A stretch of 64,000 nucleotides of DNA from an uncultured Trueperaceae bacterium. GTDB taxonomy: Bacteria; Deinococcota; Deinococci; Deinococcales; Trueperaceae. How positions within the stretch are numbered: the first letter of the stretch is position 1; each line of letters begins with the position of its first letter. The translations under genes were made by a program, and so were the position numbers. The notes beneath the pieces are model-generated. The model did not search any database and was not told the origin of the DNA. It saw only the letters and a program-made list of their open reading frames with translations. This document shows, piece after piece, positions 25,676-35,257 of this stretch. The stretch is from NCBI GenBank assembly GCA_963799485.1, contig CAWCXJ010000004.1:64001-128000 (forward strand). Direction: 5' to 3'.

Positions 25676-26878
25676 ATGAACAATAATCCAACTGCACAAG
25701 GGCGTCCAAAAGTCGTTATCGTCGGCGCGGCGCGGACGCCGTTTGGAACCTTCCAGGGGGCGCTTTCACCGCTCAAAGCGTCAGAACTCGGCGCAGTGGC
25801 GGTGCGGGCGGCGGTCTCGCGGGCGGGTCTCACCGGGGCCGACATTGGGCACGTCTATATGGGCAATGTACTTCCGGCTGGTATGGGTCAGGCTCCGGCG
25901 CGGCAAGTCGTGCGTTACGCGGGTTTTCCAGATGGTGTGCCGGCGGTGACGGTGAGCAAGGTTTGCGGGAGTGGGCTCGAGGCCATCATCCAAGCCGCGC
26001 GCGCCGTTGCGTTAGGAGACGCCGACACCGTGGTTGCAGGCGGGATGGAGTCTATGAGCAACGCGCCTTATCTGCTTCCCGGTGCGAGGGGCGGGTTGCG
26101 TTTCGGCAACAAAGAACTCGTTGACCACATGGTTTACGACGGTCTGCAGGATGTGTACAGCGACCGGGCGATGGGGAGTTGCGCCGAGTTATGCGCGTCG
26201 CGTTACGATTTTTCAAGGGAAACACAGGACGCGTTTGCCGAACGTTCGTATCGCCGCGCCCAAGAAGCGACCGCAAACGGCTTTTTTGCGGCTGAGATCG
26301 CTCCTGTGACTGTACCGGGACGTAAAGGCGAGGTGACGGTTACTGAAGATGAAGAACCGGGGCGCGTAGACTTTGCGCGGTTGCCGAGTTTACGGCCTGC
26401 GTTCGAGCAAGCCGGAACGGTTACGGCGGCAAACGCCTCGAGCATCAACGACGGGGCTGCGGCAGTCGTCGTTTGTTCGGCAGAGACGGCGGCGGCGCGG
26501 GGCTTGCCCATCCTCGCCGAAATCGACGGGTACAGCGGTTTCGCCACCGAACCCGAGTGGTTTACGGTCGCGCCGGTCGGGGCGATGCAAAAACTCTTCG
26601 CTAAACTCGGCACCAGCCCGGCAGACTACGACCTTTACGAAATCAACGAAGCTTTTGCGGTGGTGACGCTGGCGGCGATGCTCGAGCTGGGGTTGGACTC
26701 TGAAAAGGTCAATGTGCATGGTGGTGCGGTGGCGCTCGGTCATCCCATCGGCGCGTCGGGGGCGCGGCTCGTGGCGACGCTGGTTCATGCATTACGGCAA
26801 CGCAGTAAAAAACGGGGCGTGGCGTCGATCTGTATAGGTGGTGGTGAGGCGCTCGCGTTGGCGCTGAGTATTCCCTAA
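25676..26878 (+). CDS. Acetyl-CoA acetyltransferase (thiolase)
   Basis: KVCGSG, AGGMESMS, NASSINDGAA, EINEAF, GHPIGASG, CIGGG. Confidence 0.95.
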   Translation: MNNNPTAQGRPKVVIVGAARTPFGTFQGALSPLKASELGAVAVRAAVSRAGLTGADIGHVYMGNVLPAGMGQAPARQVVRYAGFPDGVPAVTVSKVCGSGLEAIIQAARAVALGDADTVVAGGMESMSNAPYLLPGARGGLRFGNKELVDHMVYDGLQDVYSDRAMGSCAELCASRYDFSRETQDAFAERSYRRAQEATANGFFAAEIAPVTVPGRKGEVTVTEDEEPGRVDFARLPSLRPAFEQAGTVTAANASSINDGAAAVVVCSAETAAARGLPILAEIDGYSGFATEPEWFTVAPVGAMQKLFAKLGTSPADYDLYEINEAFAVVTLAAMLELGLDSEKVNVHGGAVALGHPIGASGARLVATLVHALRQRSKKRGVASICIGGGEALALALSIP

Positions 26879-27524
26879 AACCGTTGCAGCGTAGGCGCGG
26901 CTTTTACGGCAGAAGCTGTCACTACACCGTCAACCACAGAGGCTGCGTAGCAAGGGACGCCCAAGAAGCTGTAGGGAGTGAGGTCGACGCTTGCGGCGCG
27001 CAAAGAGTTAGCGGTGGTGACTACATCAGGGCGGCTCGTTCTACGCCTGCCTGGAACCCGAGGACGCCTTGGCCCTGGTTCAACGCTGCGACAGGCACTT
27101 TACGCCTAGGGGTGTGCACTGGCTGGATATACAAGCCGGCCCGCTAGGCTGGAACTTCGCCCCCTTGGGGTGTGCTGTTTTGCCCAAGGCGATCGAAAGC
27201 GAGTTCTCAGCGCCGAGCAAGCAGTGTCTAGACCGCCGCATCCCTCGTCGGAAACAGTTAGAACACCAGGTTTTAGCCTGAGTCAAAACCCGTAACGCCA
27301 AGCGCGCCACCGTCACCCGGCAATTCTCCATTCAAACGGCGCGCCATAAGCTCCAGCGTCACTAGCAAAAATGCCGTAAACCCTAGTTGACGGCGTACTG
27401 GGTTGCTTACTAAACCACTATGCCGTACCTGAAACTATTAGAAATGAAGGTTGAGCCCTGCGCGTGTGCGGAGGAAATAGTCGTCTTGCAAGCTCGAGCC
27501 TTACCGTGCTACTTTGTTGCCGTG

Positions 27525-28364
27525 CTACTCCGCATAGATGTTGCGGTAGCGCGCCTCGACCGCCATATAAACGCCGTACAGCACAAAACCGAGGGCGACC
27601 GCGCCGAGCAAAAAAGGGCCGTAAGGTTGCCGCTGCAGCGTTCGCAGCGCGCCGCCCAAACCGCGCGCTTCCGACGCTTGCGCCTGCAGCGCAGCCTGAA
27701 TAAAAAAGCTGCCCATAAGTGCGAAAACAATCCCTCTGGCGGCGTAGCCCACGCGACCGGCACGCACCGCCCAGCGCTGCTCGGTCTGACTCATCTGCGC
27801 TGTTTTAAGCGCGTCACGAAAGTCTGCCCGGTACGCCTTAACCAGCTGATATACGCCCATACCGATAATTGCCAGTCCGACCAAGCCGACCAGCCAGCGC
27901 CCGAACGGCACCGCTAGAAGTCGCGCCGCCATACCCTGTTCGGAGCTGCCGCCGCCGCTGCTCGAGCCTACCAAAAGCCCGACCGCCGTAACTGCCAAAG
28001 CAAGGTGAATCACGCCGCTGACGACAAACCCACTGCGGGCAACCACACCTTTTGCCCCCTCGCGGTCGGCCGGGTTGTTCCACGCCTGGACAAAGCGCCA
28101 GAGACCGTAACTTATCAACCCGAGGCTTAAGAGGGCGAGTAGAACCTGACCGAAGGGTGCCCGGGCGAGGGCTTGCACCGCTCCCTGCGTGTCCGTCGTT
28201 TGTCCTCCTGAGCCGAAAGCGGCGCGGAGCGCGAGGACGCCCACCGTGGCGTAGACCAGACCCTTGGACAAAAACCCGAGCCGCGCAAGCCGCTCGAGCC
28301 ACGGTCTGGCTTGTTGGGCCTGGGCTTTGGCTTCTTGCTCTACCGACGTTTTATCAGTGTTCAT
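27525..28364 (-). CDS. DUF1206 family membrane protein
   Basis: Three repeats of the ARxG(F/Y)xxxGxVY...PFGxxLL pattern. Confidence 0.82.
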   Translation of the reverse strand: MNTDKTSVEQEAKAQAQQARPWLERLARLGFLSKGLVYATVGVLALRAAFGSGGQTTDTQGAVQALARAPFGQVLLALLSLGLISYGLWRFVQAWNNPADREGAKGVVARSGFVVSGVIHLALAVTAVGLLVGSSSGGGSSEQGMAARLLAVPFGRWLVGLVGLAIIGMGVYQLVKAYRADFRDALKTAQMSQTEQRWAVRAGRVGYAARGIVFALMGSFFIQAALQAQASEARGLGGALRTLQRQPYGPFLLGAVALGFVLYGVYMAVEARYRNIYAE

Positions 28365-28572
28365 ACTTACATTATGACCCGGAGCGGCCTCTTCGCGTGC
28401 GAGGTGATCGTCGAACTTGGGCAGGTGCGGCAGTTGGGGAGGTAAGAGGCGATGTTTGCAGCGTAAGCGATTGTCTTCGACTGTTTCGCCACCTTTTTGC
28501 TGGCCCCGGTCGTTACGAAAGTGGCGCGAAATCCACCCTGTACACATACCCTGACGCAACCTGACTCGCTGT

Positions 28573-28747
28573 TAGGGCTACGGCAAAGTCCAAAATGACC
28601 TTTGAAACCAAAGCTTATACGGAATAAATCTGTGGACTTGATGCCAACTCATCGGCATTTTTCAAGGTAACTCGCGCTGCGGCGTTTTCCAATTAAAGGT
28701 CATCTAGCCCGTTTACTTATCGGGGTGCCGACTTTGCGGTAGCCCTG
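28573..28747. mobile_element. 175-bp non-autonomous element (MITE) with 18-bp TIRs and a 9-bp target-site duplication
   Basis: Left TAGGGCTACGGCAAAGTC (28573-28590), right GACTTTGCGGTAGCCCTG (28730-28747), 16/18 inverted match; ACTCGCTGT at 28564-28572 and 28748-28756. Confidence 0.85.
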
Positions 28748-28799
28748 ACTCGCTGTAAGCTTTGAACCAAGACCGTCGTCGCACGATGTAGAGTCGGCT

Positions 28800-29228
28800 G
28801 TGATCTGGTCTCTCCAAGCGCGTATCAGCCGCCACCTGCTCAGCTGGAGCGCACTCAGCATCGTCGGGGGCGTAGTGCTGCTTTTTCTAGCTCCTTTTTG
28901 GCGCGGCGTGGGGGTGCAGGCGCTCGTATGGGGCGCTATCGACGCGGCTATTGCAGGGTTTGGGCTTAGGCAGCTTCGGCGAAAACAGGCGCGACCTGAA
29001 GCCGGTGTACCGGAAAACCTTACACGTGAAGCGCGCAGTCTTCACCGCACACTTCTCATTAACGCCGGACTCGACGTGCTTTATATAATCGGTGGCGTCG
29101 TTTTGACGAATTTTGCAACCGAGTTCGCCAGGGGCAACGGCGTCGGCATTATCGTTCAAGGCGCGTTCTTGCTCTTTTTCGACGCGTTTTACGCGTTTCG
29201 AGTACAACGTCTGGAGGTTAGCAGATGA
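28800..29228 (+). CDS. Hypothetical membrane protein (about 4 TM helices)
   Basis: Hydrophobic helices; WGAIDAAIA, INAGLDVLY, GIIVQGAFLLFFD. Confidence 0.75.
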   Translation: MIWSLQARISRHLLSWSALSIVGGVVLLFLAPFWRGVGVQALVWGAIDAAIAGFGLRQLRRKQARPEAGVPENLTREARSLHRTLLINAGLDVLYIIGGVVLTNFATEFARGNGVGIIVQGAFLLFFDAFYAFRVQRLEVSR

Positions 29229-29605
29229 CCTTTACCAAACCACCCAAACTTCAGGCCGGCGATACGGTTGCGGCAATTTCGCTCTCCTCCGGCGCAGCAG
29301 GCGAGCTTCGGGGTTTACGAGGCGGCGAAAAAAACCTGAGGCAAACCCTCGGTGTTCACCTTACCGAGAACCCCAGCGCCCTAAAACCGGACGACTGGCT
29401 CTACCGTAATCCCGAGGCCAGGGCCGACGACCTTCACTGTGCGCTGCAAAATCCCGACATCAAAGGGATTTTCGGCCGCCTTGCCATAGGCCGTTTACGG
29501 CTGCGTGACGCGAAGCTCCAAACGCTTACAATAGACGAGCTGCGCGTGCACTCTGTCAAGGTGGAAAATCTTGAAGTTACCGACACACTGACGTTGCCGA
29601 GTTAG
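29225..29605 (+). pseudogene. N-terminal fragment of an S66 LD-carboxypeptidase/MccF-like gene fused to an unrelated tail
   Basis: KPPKLQAGDTVAAISLS...PEARADDL..AL.NPDIKGIF stops matching before the GG-nucleophile segment. Confidence 0.7.
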
Positions 29606-29762
29606 AGGCGCTGAACAGCCCGCCCACCTTTGCAGCGCGTAGCCAGGCAAAAGCTCCGGCATGTGGTGGCTCGAGTAACCCTCAGTACCCTAAATACCCT
29701 CGGTAAGTACCATAAGTATCAGCACTACGGCAACGCCGACCTTGAAGCGGTAAGTTACCCTT

Positions 29763-30818
29763 ATGTCCATGCTCGCCCCTAGCGACCTCTACCCGGTCGG
29801 CGCAGGCTGCCCTGCGTTTACGCTGCTCGACGTGCGCGCGCCGGTCGAAGTCGCCGCGGGCGCGCTTCCCGGTGCGGCGCTGCACCCTATCCTCACAGAT
29901 GAAGAGCGGCACCTCGTCGGGGTGCGTTACAAGGCGGCGGGGCCAGCCGAGGCGGTTAAACTCGGGTACGCGCTGACCGAGCCCTATTTGGCTGAACGTA
30001 CCGAGGCGTGGCGCGCCGTTGTAGCAACGGGGCCGACGGCGGTGGCGTGCTGGCGTGGCGGACTCCGGAGCCGGCTGACAGCTGAATTTATCGGCGGTGA
30101 CGTGCCCCGTGTCGAAGGCGGGTACAAGGCAATTCGCGCCTATCTGATGGCGCAGTTGGAACCGTCGCTGAAGCGCTATAAAAGCGTGGTCGTCGGCGGG
30201 CTGACGGGTTCGGGTAAAACGGCACTTTTGGAACGACTTGGAGAAACGGCGGATACAAGAGTTCTGGATTTGGAACACGAAGCCCGCCACCGGGGAAGCG
30301 CGTTCGGGCGGCTTGCCGAACCGCAGCCCGCCCAGGCGACGTTTGAAAACAGCGTGGCAGCGCAGCTTTTGCTCGGGAATGAGACGAGGCTTTTGCTCGA
30401 GGACGAATCACGCAGCATCGGTCACATCAACCTGCCCGACTCGCTTCACGAGACTATTCAGACAGCTCCCTTGGTCATCGTCGAAGAACCTCTGGAAAAC
30501 CGGGTGGCGCGTATTCATCAAGATTATGTACTTTCCTTAAGCAGCACGCTCGGCGTGCCGGAGACGCGGCGTTACCTGAGCGGAAGTTTAGCAAGACTGA
30601 GAAAACGTCTTTCCGGCGCAGTCACGGACGCGGCGCTTAAAACCCTGGAAGATGCGGAGCTTTCCGGCAACTGGCACGAGCTAGACGCGCACCGGGGCTG
30701 GCTTACTCCCCTTTTAGAACGCTATTACGACCCGCTCTACCGTAAAGGACTCAAATCAGGACGCCCGGTGCTGTTTACCGGCGATTTGGAGGCGTGTTAC
30801 AAGTGGCTGACACAGTAG
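29763..30818 (+). CDS. selU: tRNA 2-selenouridine synthase (SelU/MnmH)
   Basis: Rhodanese DVRAPVE...CWRGGLRS; P-loop GLTGSGKT; DLE..ARHRGSAFG, EDESRSIG, YYDPLY; adjacent to selD. Confidence 0.93.
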   Translation: MSMLAPSDLYPVGAGCPAFTLLDVRAPVEVAAGALPGAALHPILTDEERHLVGVRYKAAGPAEAVKLGYALTEPYLAERTEAWRAVVATGPTAVACWRGGLRSRLTAEFIGGDVPRVEGGYKAIRAYLMAQLEPSLKRYKSVVVGGLTGSGKTALLERLGETADTRVLDLEHEARHRGSAFGRLAEPQPAQATFENSVAAQLLLGNETRLLLEDESRSIGHINLPDSLHETIQTAPLVIVEEPLENRVARIHQDYVLSLSSTLGVPETRRYLSGSLARLRKRLSGAVTDAALKTLEDAELSGNWHELDAHRGWLTPLLERYYDPLYRKGLKSGRPVLFTGDLEACYKWLTQ

Positions 30819-31900
30819 CTAAAACAGCAGATAAAACAGTAGCCATTGATACTCCTATCAGACTCACCCAAACCGTAAAAAAAGGCGGGTGTGCCGCAAA
30901 AATCGCCGCCGGGACGCTTTCCGAACTGCTGCAAACCCTGCCACGTCAAAGTCATCCGGATTTGCTCGTCGGTACCGATTTTTTAGACGACGCCGCGGTT
31001 TGGCGCGTCAGCGACCAGCAGGTGATGGTACAAACCCTCGATTTTTTTACGCCTATTTTAGACGACGCTTACGACTTCGGCGCGGTTGCCGCTGCCAACG
31101 CGCTTTCCGACGTGTTTGCGATGGGCGGAGCGCCGACAACGGCGCTGACGATTCTGGCGTATCCGCTCAAGACGCTGCCGCTGAGCATTTTACGCGAGCT
31201 GATGGCGGGCGCGGTCGCAAAAGTCAACGAGGCCGGGGCGCAACTCGTCGGCGGTCACTCCATCGACGACGACACGCTTAAACTCGGCTTTAGCGTGACG
31301 GGTCTGGCGCACCCGGACAAACTCTGGAGCAACCGGGGTGCGCGGGTCGGGGACGTGCTGGTCTTGACCAAAGCCGTCGGTACGGGGACCCTCACAGGCG
31401 CGCTGAAAAACGGTGAACTGGGTTACGCCGACATCACCGAGGCGATTACGTCGATGAAGACCCTCAACAATCTGGCTTTGCCTGAGGAACTTCACCGCGC
31501 CGTTCACGCCGCGACCGACGTGACGGGCTTCGGCGTCCTTGGACATGGGCTGCATCTGGCGCAGGGCGGGGGTGTCACCCTCGAGCTAGACGCACAAGCC
31601 GTTCCTCTTTTAGAACACGCCACCGACACCCTGGCGCAAAACATCCTGACCAAAGCGCACCGCAGCAACACCGCCTACGTGCAGGCGCACACCGCCGGAC
31701 GTGAGAGTGTAAGCGAAACGGCGTGGTGGGCGCTGACTGACCCGCAGACTTCGGGCGGGTTGCTGCTTGCAGTTGACCCTGGGCAAGCTGACGCGCTGCT
31801 GGCTTTTGTCGAGCCGGGTTTTCCCAAGGCTTCCGTTGTCGGACGGGTCAAAAAACGGGGAGAAAGGGCGCTCGAGCTTCGCCCTGCAAATCCAGGCTAG
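30803..31900 (+). CDS. selD: Selenophosphate synthetase, Cys-type
   Basis: GGCAAKI, DDAAV, QTLDFFTP, ANALSDVFAMGG, GGHSI, TDVTGFG, DPQTSGGLL. Confidence 0.95.
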   Translation: MADTVAKTADKTVAIDTPIRLTQTVKKGGCAAKIAAGTLSELLQTLPRQSHPDLLVGTDFLDDAAVWRVSDQQVMVQTLDFFTPILDDAYDFGAVAAANALSDVFAMGGAPTTALTILAYPLKTLPLSILRELMAGAVAKVNEAGAQLVGGHSIDDDTLKLGFSVTGLAHPDKLWSNRGARVGDVLVLTKAVGTGTLTGALKNGELGYADITEAITSMKTLNNLALPEELHRAVHAATDVTGFGVLGHGLHLAQGGGVTLELDAQAVPLLEHATDTLAQNILTKAHRSNTAYVQAHTAGRESVSETAWWALTDPQTSGGLLLAVDPGQADALLAFVEPGFPKASVVGRVKKRGERALELRPANPG

Positions 31901-32988
31901 ACGACCTTCTCGCGCCCCTTGCTGAGGTCGATCTGCGTTGCCGCCATCTTAAAGCTCTGCGAACTCGTCGCCGAAGTGAAGCCGGTCTCATAGGTGATTT
32001 TGCCGTCGGCGTAGAGCTCGGCAAGCGCGTCGTCGAAAAGCTGCATCCCGTCGAGCCGCGAGTCGCGCAGCGCGTCGTAGAGTTCGCTGTAGCGGTTCTC
32101 GTCGCGCAGCAAGTCTTTGATCCGGAGCGTCCCTTTCATAATTTCAGACGCCGCAATGCGCCCGCCGCCCGCGCGGGGCAAAAGTCGCTGCGACACGATG
32201 CCGACGAGCGAGTCGGCAAAGAGAACCCTGGCCGACGCCCGTTCGTGCGGCGGAAACAGTTCCATCACGCGGTTGACGGTACGCACCGTGTCGAGTGTGT
32301 GCAGCGTGCTGAAAACGAGGTGCCCGGTCTGCGCGGCGCTGATGGCGGCGGCGGCGGTGGCGTAGTCGCGGATTTCACCGATCAGGATAACTTCAGGGTC
32401 TTGGCGCATCGCCGCGACGAGCGCGTCGGAAAACGTCAGCGCGTCGACGCCGATCTCGCGCTGCACGATAACCGAGCGTTTTGGGCGGTGCAGGTACTCG
32501 ATAGGGTCTTCGGCGGTAATGATCATCTTGTCGTGCGTCTGGTTGATCTCGTCGATAATCCGCGTCAGGGTCGTCGATTTACCCGACCCGGTAGGGCCGG
32601 TGACTAAAATCAGCCCTTTCTCCTGGTCACGAAAATAGGTGAGCAAATCGGGCGGCAGGTTCACCACCCGGAGCTGCGACTCGTCCGAATTGATAACGCG
32701 CAGCACGGCGCTCACCGACGAACGCTGGAGAAACAAATTGACGCGGAAGCGCGCCACGCCGCTGACACTGTAGGCGAGGTCGACCTGGTGTTTGTCGGCA
32801 AAGATCGCCTTTTGCCGTTCGTCACACATGATTTCTACGAGCGATTCGGTCGCGGCGGGGGAAAGTTTGGTCTCGCCGACCGGGACGAGCCGACCGCTGA
32901 GGCGGGCCATCGGGTACATCCCGGCGTGCAGGTGGATGTCCGAGGCACCCTTGGCGACGAACGACGCGAGCATATCGTTAAAGGTCAT
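31897..32988 (-). CDS. PilT/PilU family type IV pilus ATPase
   Basis: ASDIHL, GPTGSGKSTT, EDPIEY, MRQDPEVILIGEIRD, TGHLVFSTLHT. Confidence 0.92.
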   Translation of the reverse strand: MTFNDMLASFVAKGASDIHLHAGMYPMARLSGRLVPVGETKLSPAATESLVEIMCDERQKAIFADKHQVDLAYSVSGVARFRVNLFLQRSSVSAVLRVINSDESQLRVVNLPPDLLTYFRDQEKGLILVTGPTGSGKSTTLTRIIDEINQTHDKMIITAEDPIEYLHRPKRSVIVQREIGVDALTFSDALVAAMRQDPEVILIGEIRDYATAAAAISAAQTGHLVFSTLHTLDTVRTVNRVMELFPPHERASARVLFADSLVGIVSQRLLPRAGGGRIAASEIMKGTLRIKDLLRDENRYSELYDALRDSRLDGMQLFDDALAELYADGKITYETGFTSATSSQSFKMAATQIDLSKGREKVV

Positions 32989-33193
32989 GGCTCAGTGTAG
33001 AAAGTTGGGGTGGGGTACGGGGCAAAAAACCCCATAGTTGAAGAGGTAAGAGTTGAGAAGGCATACAGCATCGTCCCGTTTTCTGGCTGCCGGACTATGC
33101 GCGGCTCGAGCCCTTACCTATCCGTCACCTGGAGCAAATTTTACTTTTCGGTACGCTACTAAACTTGAGAAATGGCTATCTGGACGGATAATA

Positions 33194-34297
33194 ATGAGCG
33201 TCACGGCAACTGAACCCGTCACCCCCCCGACCGCCGAACTCGCCGGGGCCGTAAAACAGGCAAAACTCCGCTACGTCTCCGACCTCGAGCCCGGTCTAGG
33301 CCGCAAGCGGGCGGGTAAAGGCTTTAGCTACCTGGGGCTCGACGGCAAACGCATTACGGATAAAGCGACGCGCAAACGCCTGGACGCGCTCGTCATCCCC
33401 CCGGCCTGGAAGGATGTCTGGATTTGCCCGGATGAACACGGGCACATTCAGGCCACCGGCCGCGACGAACGGGGGCGTAAACAGTATTTGTATCACCCGG
33501 AGTGGCACCGCGTCCGGGACACCGCCAAATTCGACCGGATGCTCGGCTTCGGCAAGCTCTTGCCGCGTATTCGTCGGCGCGTCCAGAGAGACCTGGCGCT
33601 GCCGGGACTACCCAAAGACAAGGTGTTAGCAGCGGTCGTCAAGTTGTTGGAAACGACGCTGATTCGCGTCGGCAACACCACCTACGCCAAAGAAAACGGC
33701 TCTTACGGTCTCACCACGATACGTAAAAAGCACGCGCACGTCTCAGGTCAAACCGTCACCTTCGATTTCGTCGGCAAGAGCGGCAAGGCGTGGGACATCG
33801 AGCTGAAAGACAAAAAAATCGCCAAGATCGTCCAGAAGTGCGAAGCGTTGCCGGGGTACGAGCTGTTCAAGTATTACGACGAGGACGGCGAGCTGCAAGA
33901 CCTCGAGTCCGGCGACGTCAACGCGTACTTAAAAGACATCACCGGCGAGGACGTCAGCGCCAAAGATTTTCGTACCTGGGCCGGAACGGTGCTGGCAACG
34001 TTTACGCTCACGGGTTTGGAGCCTTCGCAGACCAAAACGCAGGCGACCAAAAATGTAACGGCGGCGATTAAAGAGGTTGCCAAAAAGCTCGGCAATACCC
34101 CGGCGGTCTGCCGTAAAAGCTATGTGCATCCGGACGTCATCGACTGCTACTTGGACGGCTCGCTTGCGGGCTTGGCTAAAGTTCAAGAAGCGGTCTCGAG
34201 TTCGCTCCCCGAAGGGTTACGGGTCGAAGAGGTAGCGGTGCTGAGGTTTCTCGAGGCGCGCCAGGAGCTGCAAAAGCGTTCTGCCGCCAAAAGGTAA
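33194..34297 (+). CDS. DNA topoisomerase IB (bacterial/poxvirus-like)
   Basis: IPPAWKDVWI, GRDERGRKQYLY, IRVGN, FVGKSG, KDFRTW, LGNTPAVCRKSYVHP. Confidence 0.94.
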   Translation: MSVTATEPVTPPTAELAGAVKQAKLRYVSDLEPGLGRKRAGKGFSYLGLDGKRITDKATRKRLDALVIPPAWKDVWICPDEHGHIQATGRDERGRKQYLYHPEWHRVRDTAKFDRMLGFGKLLPRIRRRVQRDLALPGLPKDKVLAAVVKLLETTLIRVGNTTYAKENGSYGLTTIRKKHAHVSGQTVTFDFVGKSGKAWDIELKDKKIAKIVQKCEALPGYELFKYYDEDGELQDLESGDVNAYLKDITGEDVSAKDFRTWAGTVLATFTLTGLEPSQTKTQATKNVTAAIKEVAKKLGNTPAVCRKSYVHPDVIDCYLDGSLAGLAKVQEAVSSSLPEGLRVEEVAVLRFLEARQELQKRSAAKR

Positions 34298-34384
34298 AAA
34301 GCGCTTTCGCACAGGGAAGTTGACGGCTCCCTTTTTTGTGGCTGTTTATGACTGTTTGTGACGACTCGAGCCTTATACTCTGCT

Positions 34385-34669
34385 ATGACCCCCGGCGAAA
34401 CAAAGCAGCAACCTCCGGTGAACCAGCGCGAGCTTGTGCTCGAGGCCTTCTCCCTACTACTCTCTGACGTTTGCACCACCCGTTTCGACCTGCTCGTGCT
34501 GTCGCGCGACCCTTTAGAAGCGGCGCAAGAGGTCATCGAAAGCCTCGACCGCTACGACTTTCTAAGTGGCCTGACAGGAGAGGCCCACTATCAAGGACTT
34601 AAAAAGCACGTCGAGAGCAGTGTCGGTGACAAAGCTGAAGCGATGATTCGGGAGCAAAACCCTCGGTAG
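34385..34669 (+). CDS. Hypothetical protein (94 aa), probably leaderless
   Basis: Open frame; TATACT 5 nt before ATG. Confidence 0.55.
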   Translation: MTPGETKQQPPVNQRELVLEAFSLLLSDVCTTRFDLLVLSRDPLEAAQEVIESLDRYDFLSGLTGEAHYQGLKKHVESSVGDKAEAMIREQNPR

Positions 34670-34693
34670 CGTTCGCGCAGCCTAGTCGATTCC

Positions 34694-35176
34694 TCAAACT
34701 TTTAAGGGTGGTCCCAAGAGTTCCATCCCGTGAGAGCGCCACAACGCCGGGTCTTGCGGCGGCATAGCGTTAGCCTGCGTGACTATCCGAAAAAACGCTT
34801 CCATCCGGCCCGCCGGACTAAAGACAATCAGGATGCGTCCACGCCCGTCACCGACGAACGCCCACACGTGCGGCACCCGGCGCGGCGCGAGGAGCGAATC
34901 ACCCGGTTTCAGCCTGAAACGTTCAGCGCCGACCTCGAGCCTAAACTCACCCTCGAGCGCGTAAAAGTATTCGTCTTGTTCGAGGTGCAGATGCCGCGCC
35001 GGGCCACCTTTGGCATGAAAGGTATTTTCCAAAACCAGCAGACCACGGCTGTTTTCCGGAAGCACCTTGAAGTCGATATGGCTTACGCCGAGTCCACGGT
35101 GTTCGTCAAAGCGGTCTTGACCTGCCGCAACGTACAGGGCAGAGCGTGAACCGTCCGCCGAAGGTAAACCGTCCAT
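34694..35176 (-). CDS. Cupin domain protein
   Basis: GGPARHLHLEQDEYFYALEG, LKPGDS...PRRVPH, PAGRMEAFF. Confidence 0.88.
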   Translation of the reverse strand: MDGLPSADGSRSALYVAAGQDRFDEHRGLGVSHIDFKVLPENSRGLLVLENTFHAKGGPARHLHLEQDEYFYALEGEFRLEVGAERFRLKPGDSLLAPRRVPHVWAFVGDGRGRILIVFSPAGRMEAFFRIVTQANAMPPQDPALWRSHGMELLGPPLKV

Positions 35177-35257
35177 AAAGTCCTCCCAAGGGTAACGCAT
35201 CAGCCGAATAAAGTTCAGGCGGCCTAAGTGTAGCCCTTTAGCGAGGCGAAGTGCCAG

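Noticed and set aside
30860..30910. Selenocysteine-containing SelD
   Set aside because: The active-site codon is TGT (Cys); there is no in-frame TGA.
33194..34297. Topoisomerase IB as evidence of viral or eukaryotic DNA
   Set aside because: Type IB enzymes are established in many bacteria including Deinococcus, and the composition matches the host.
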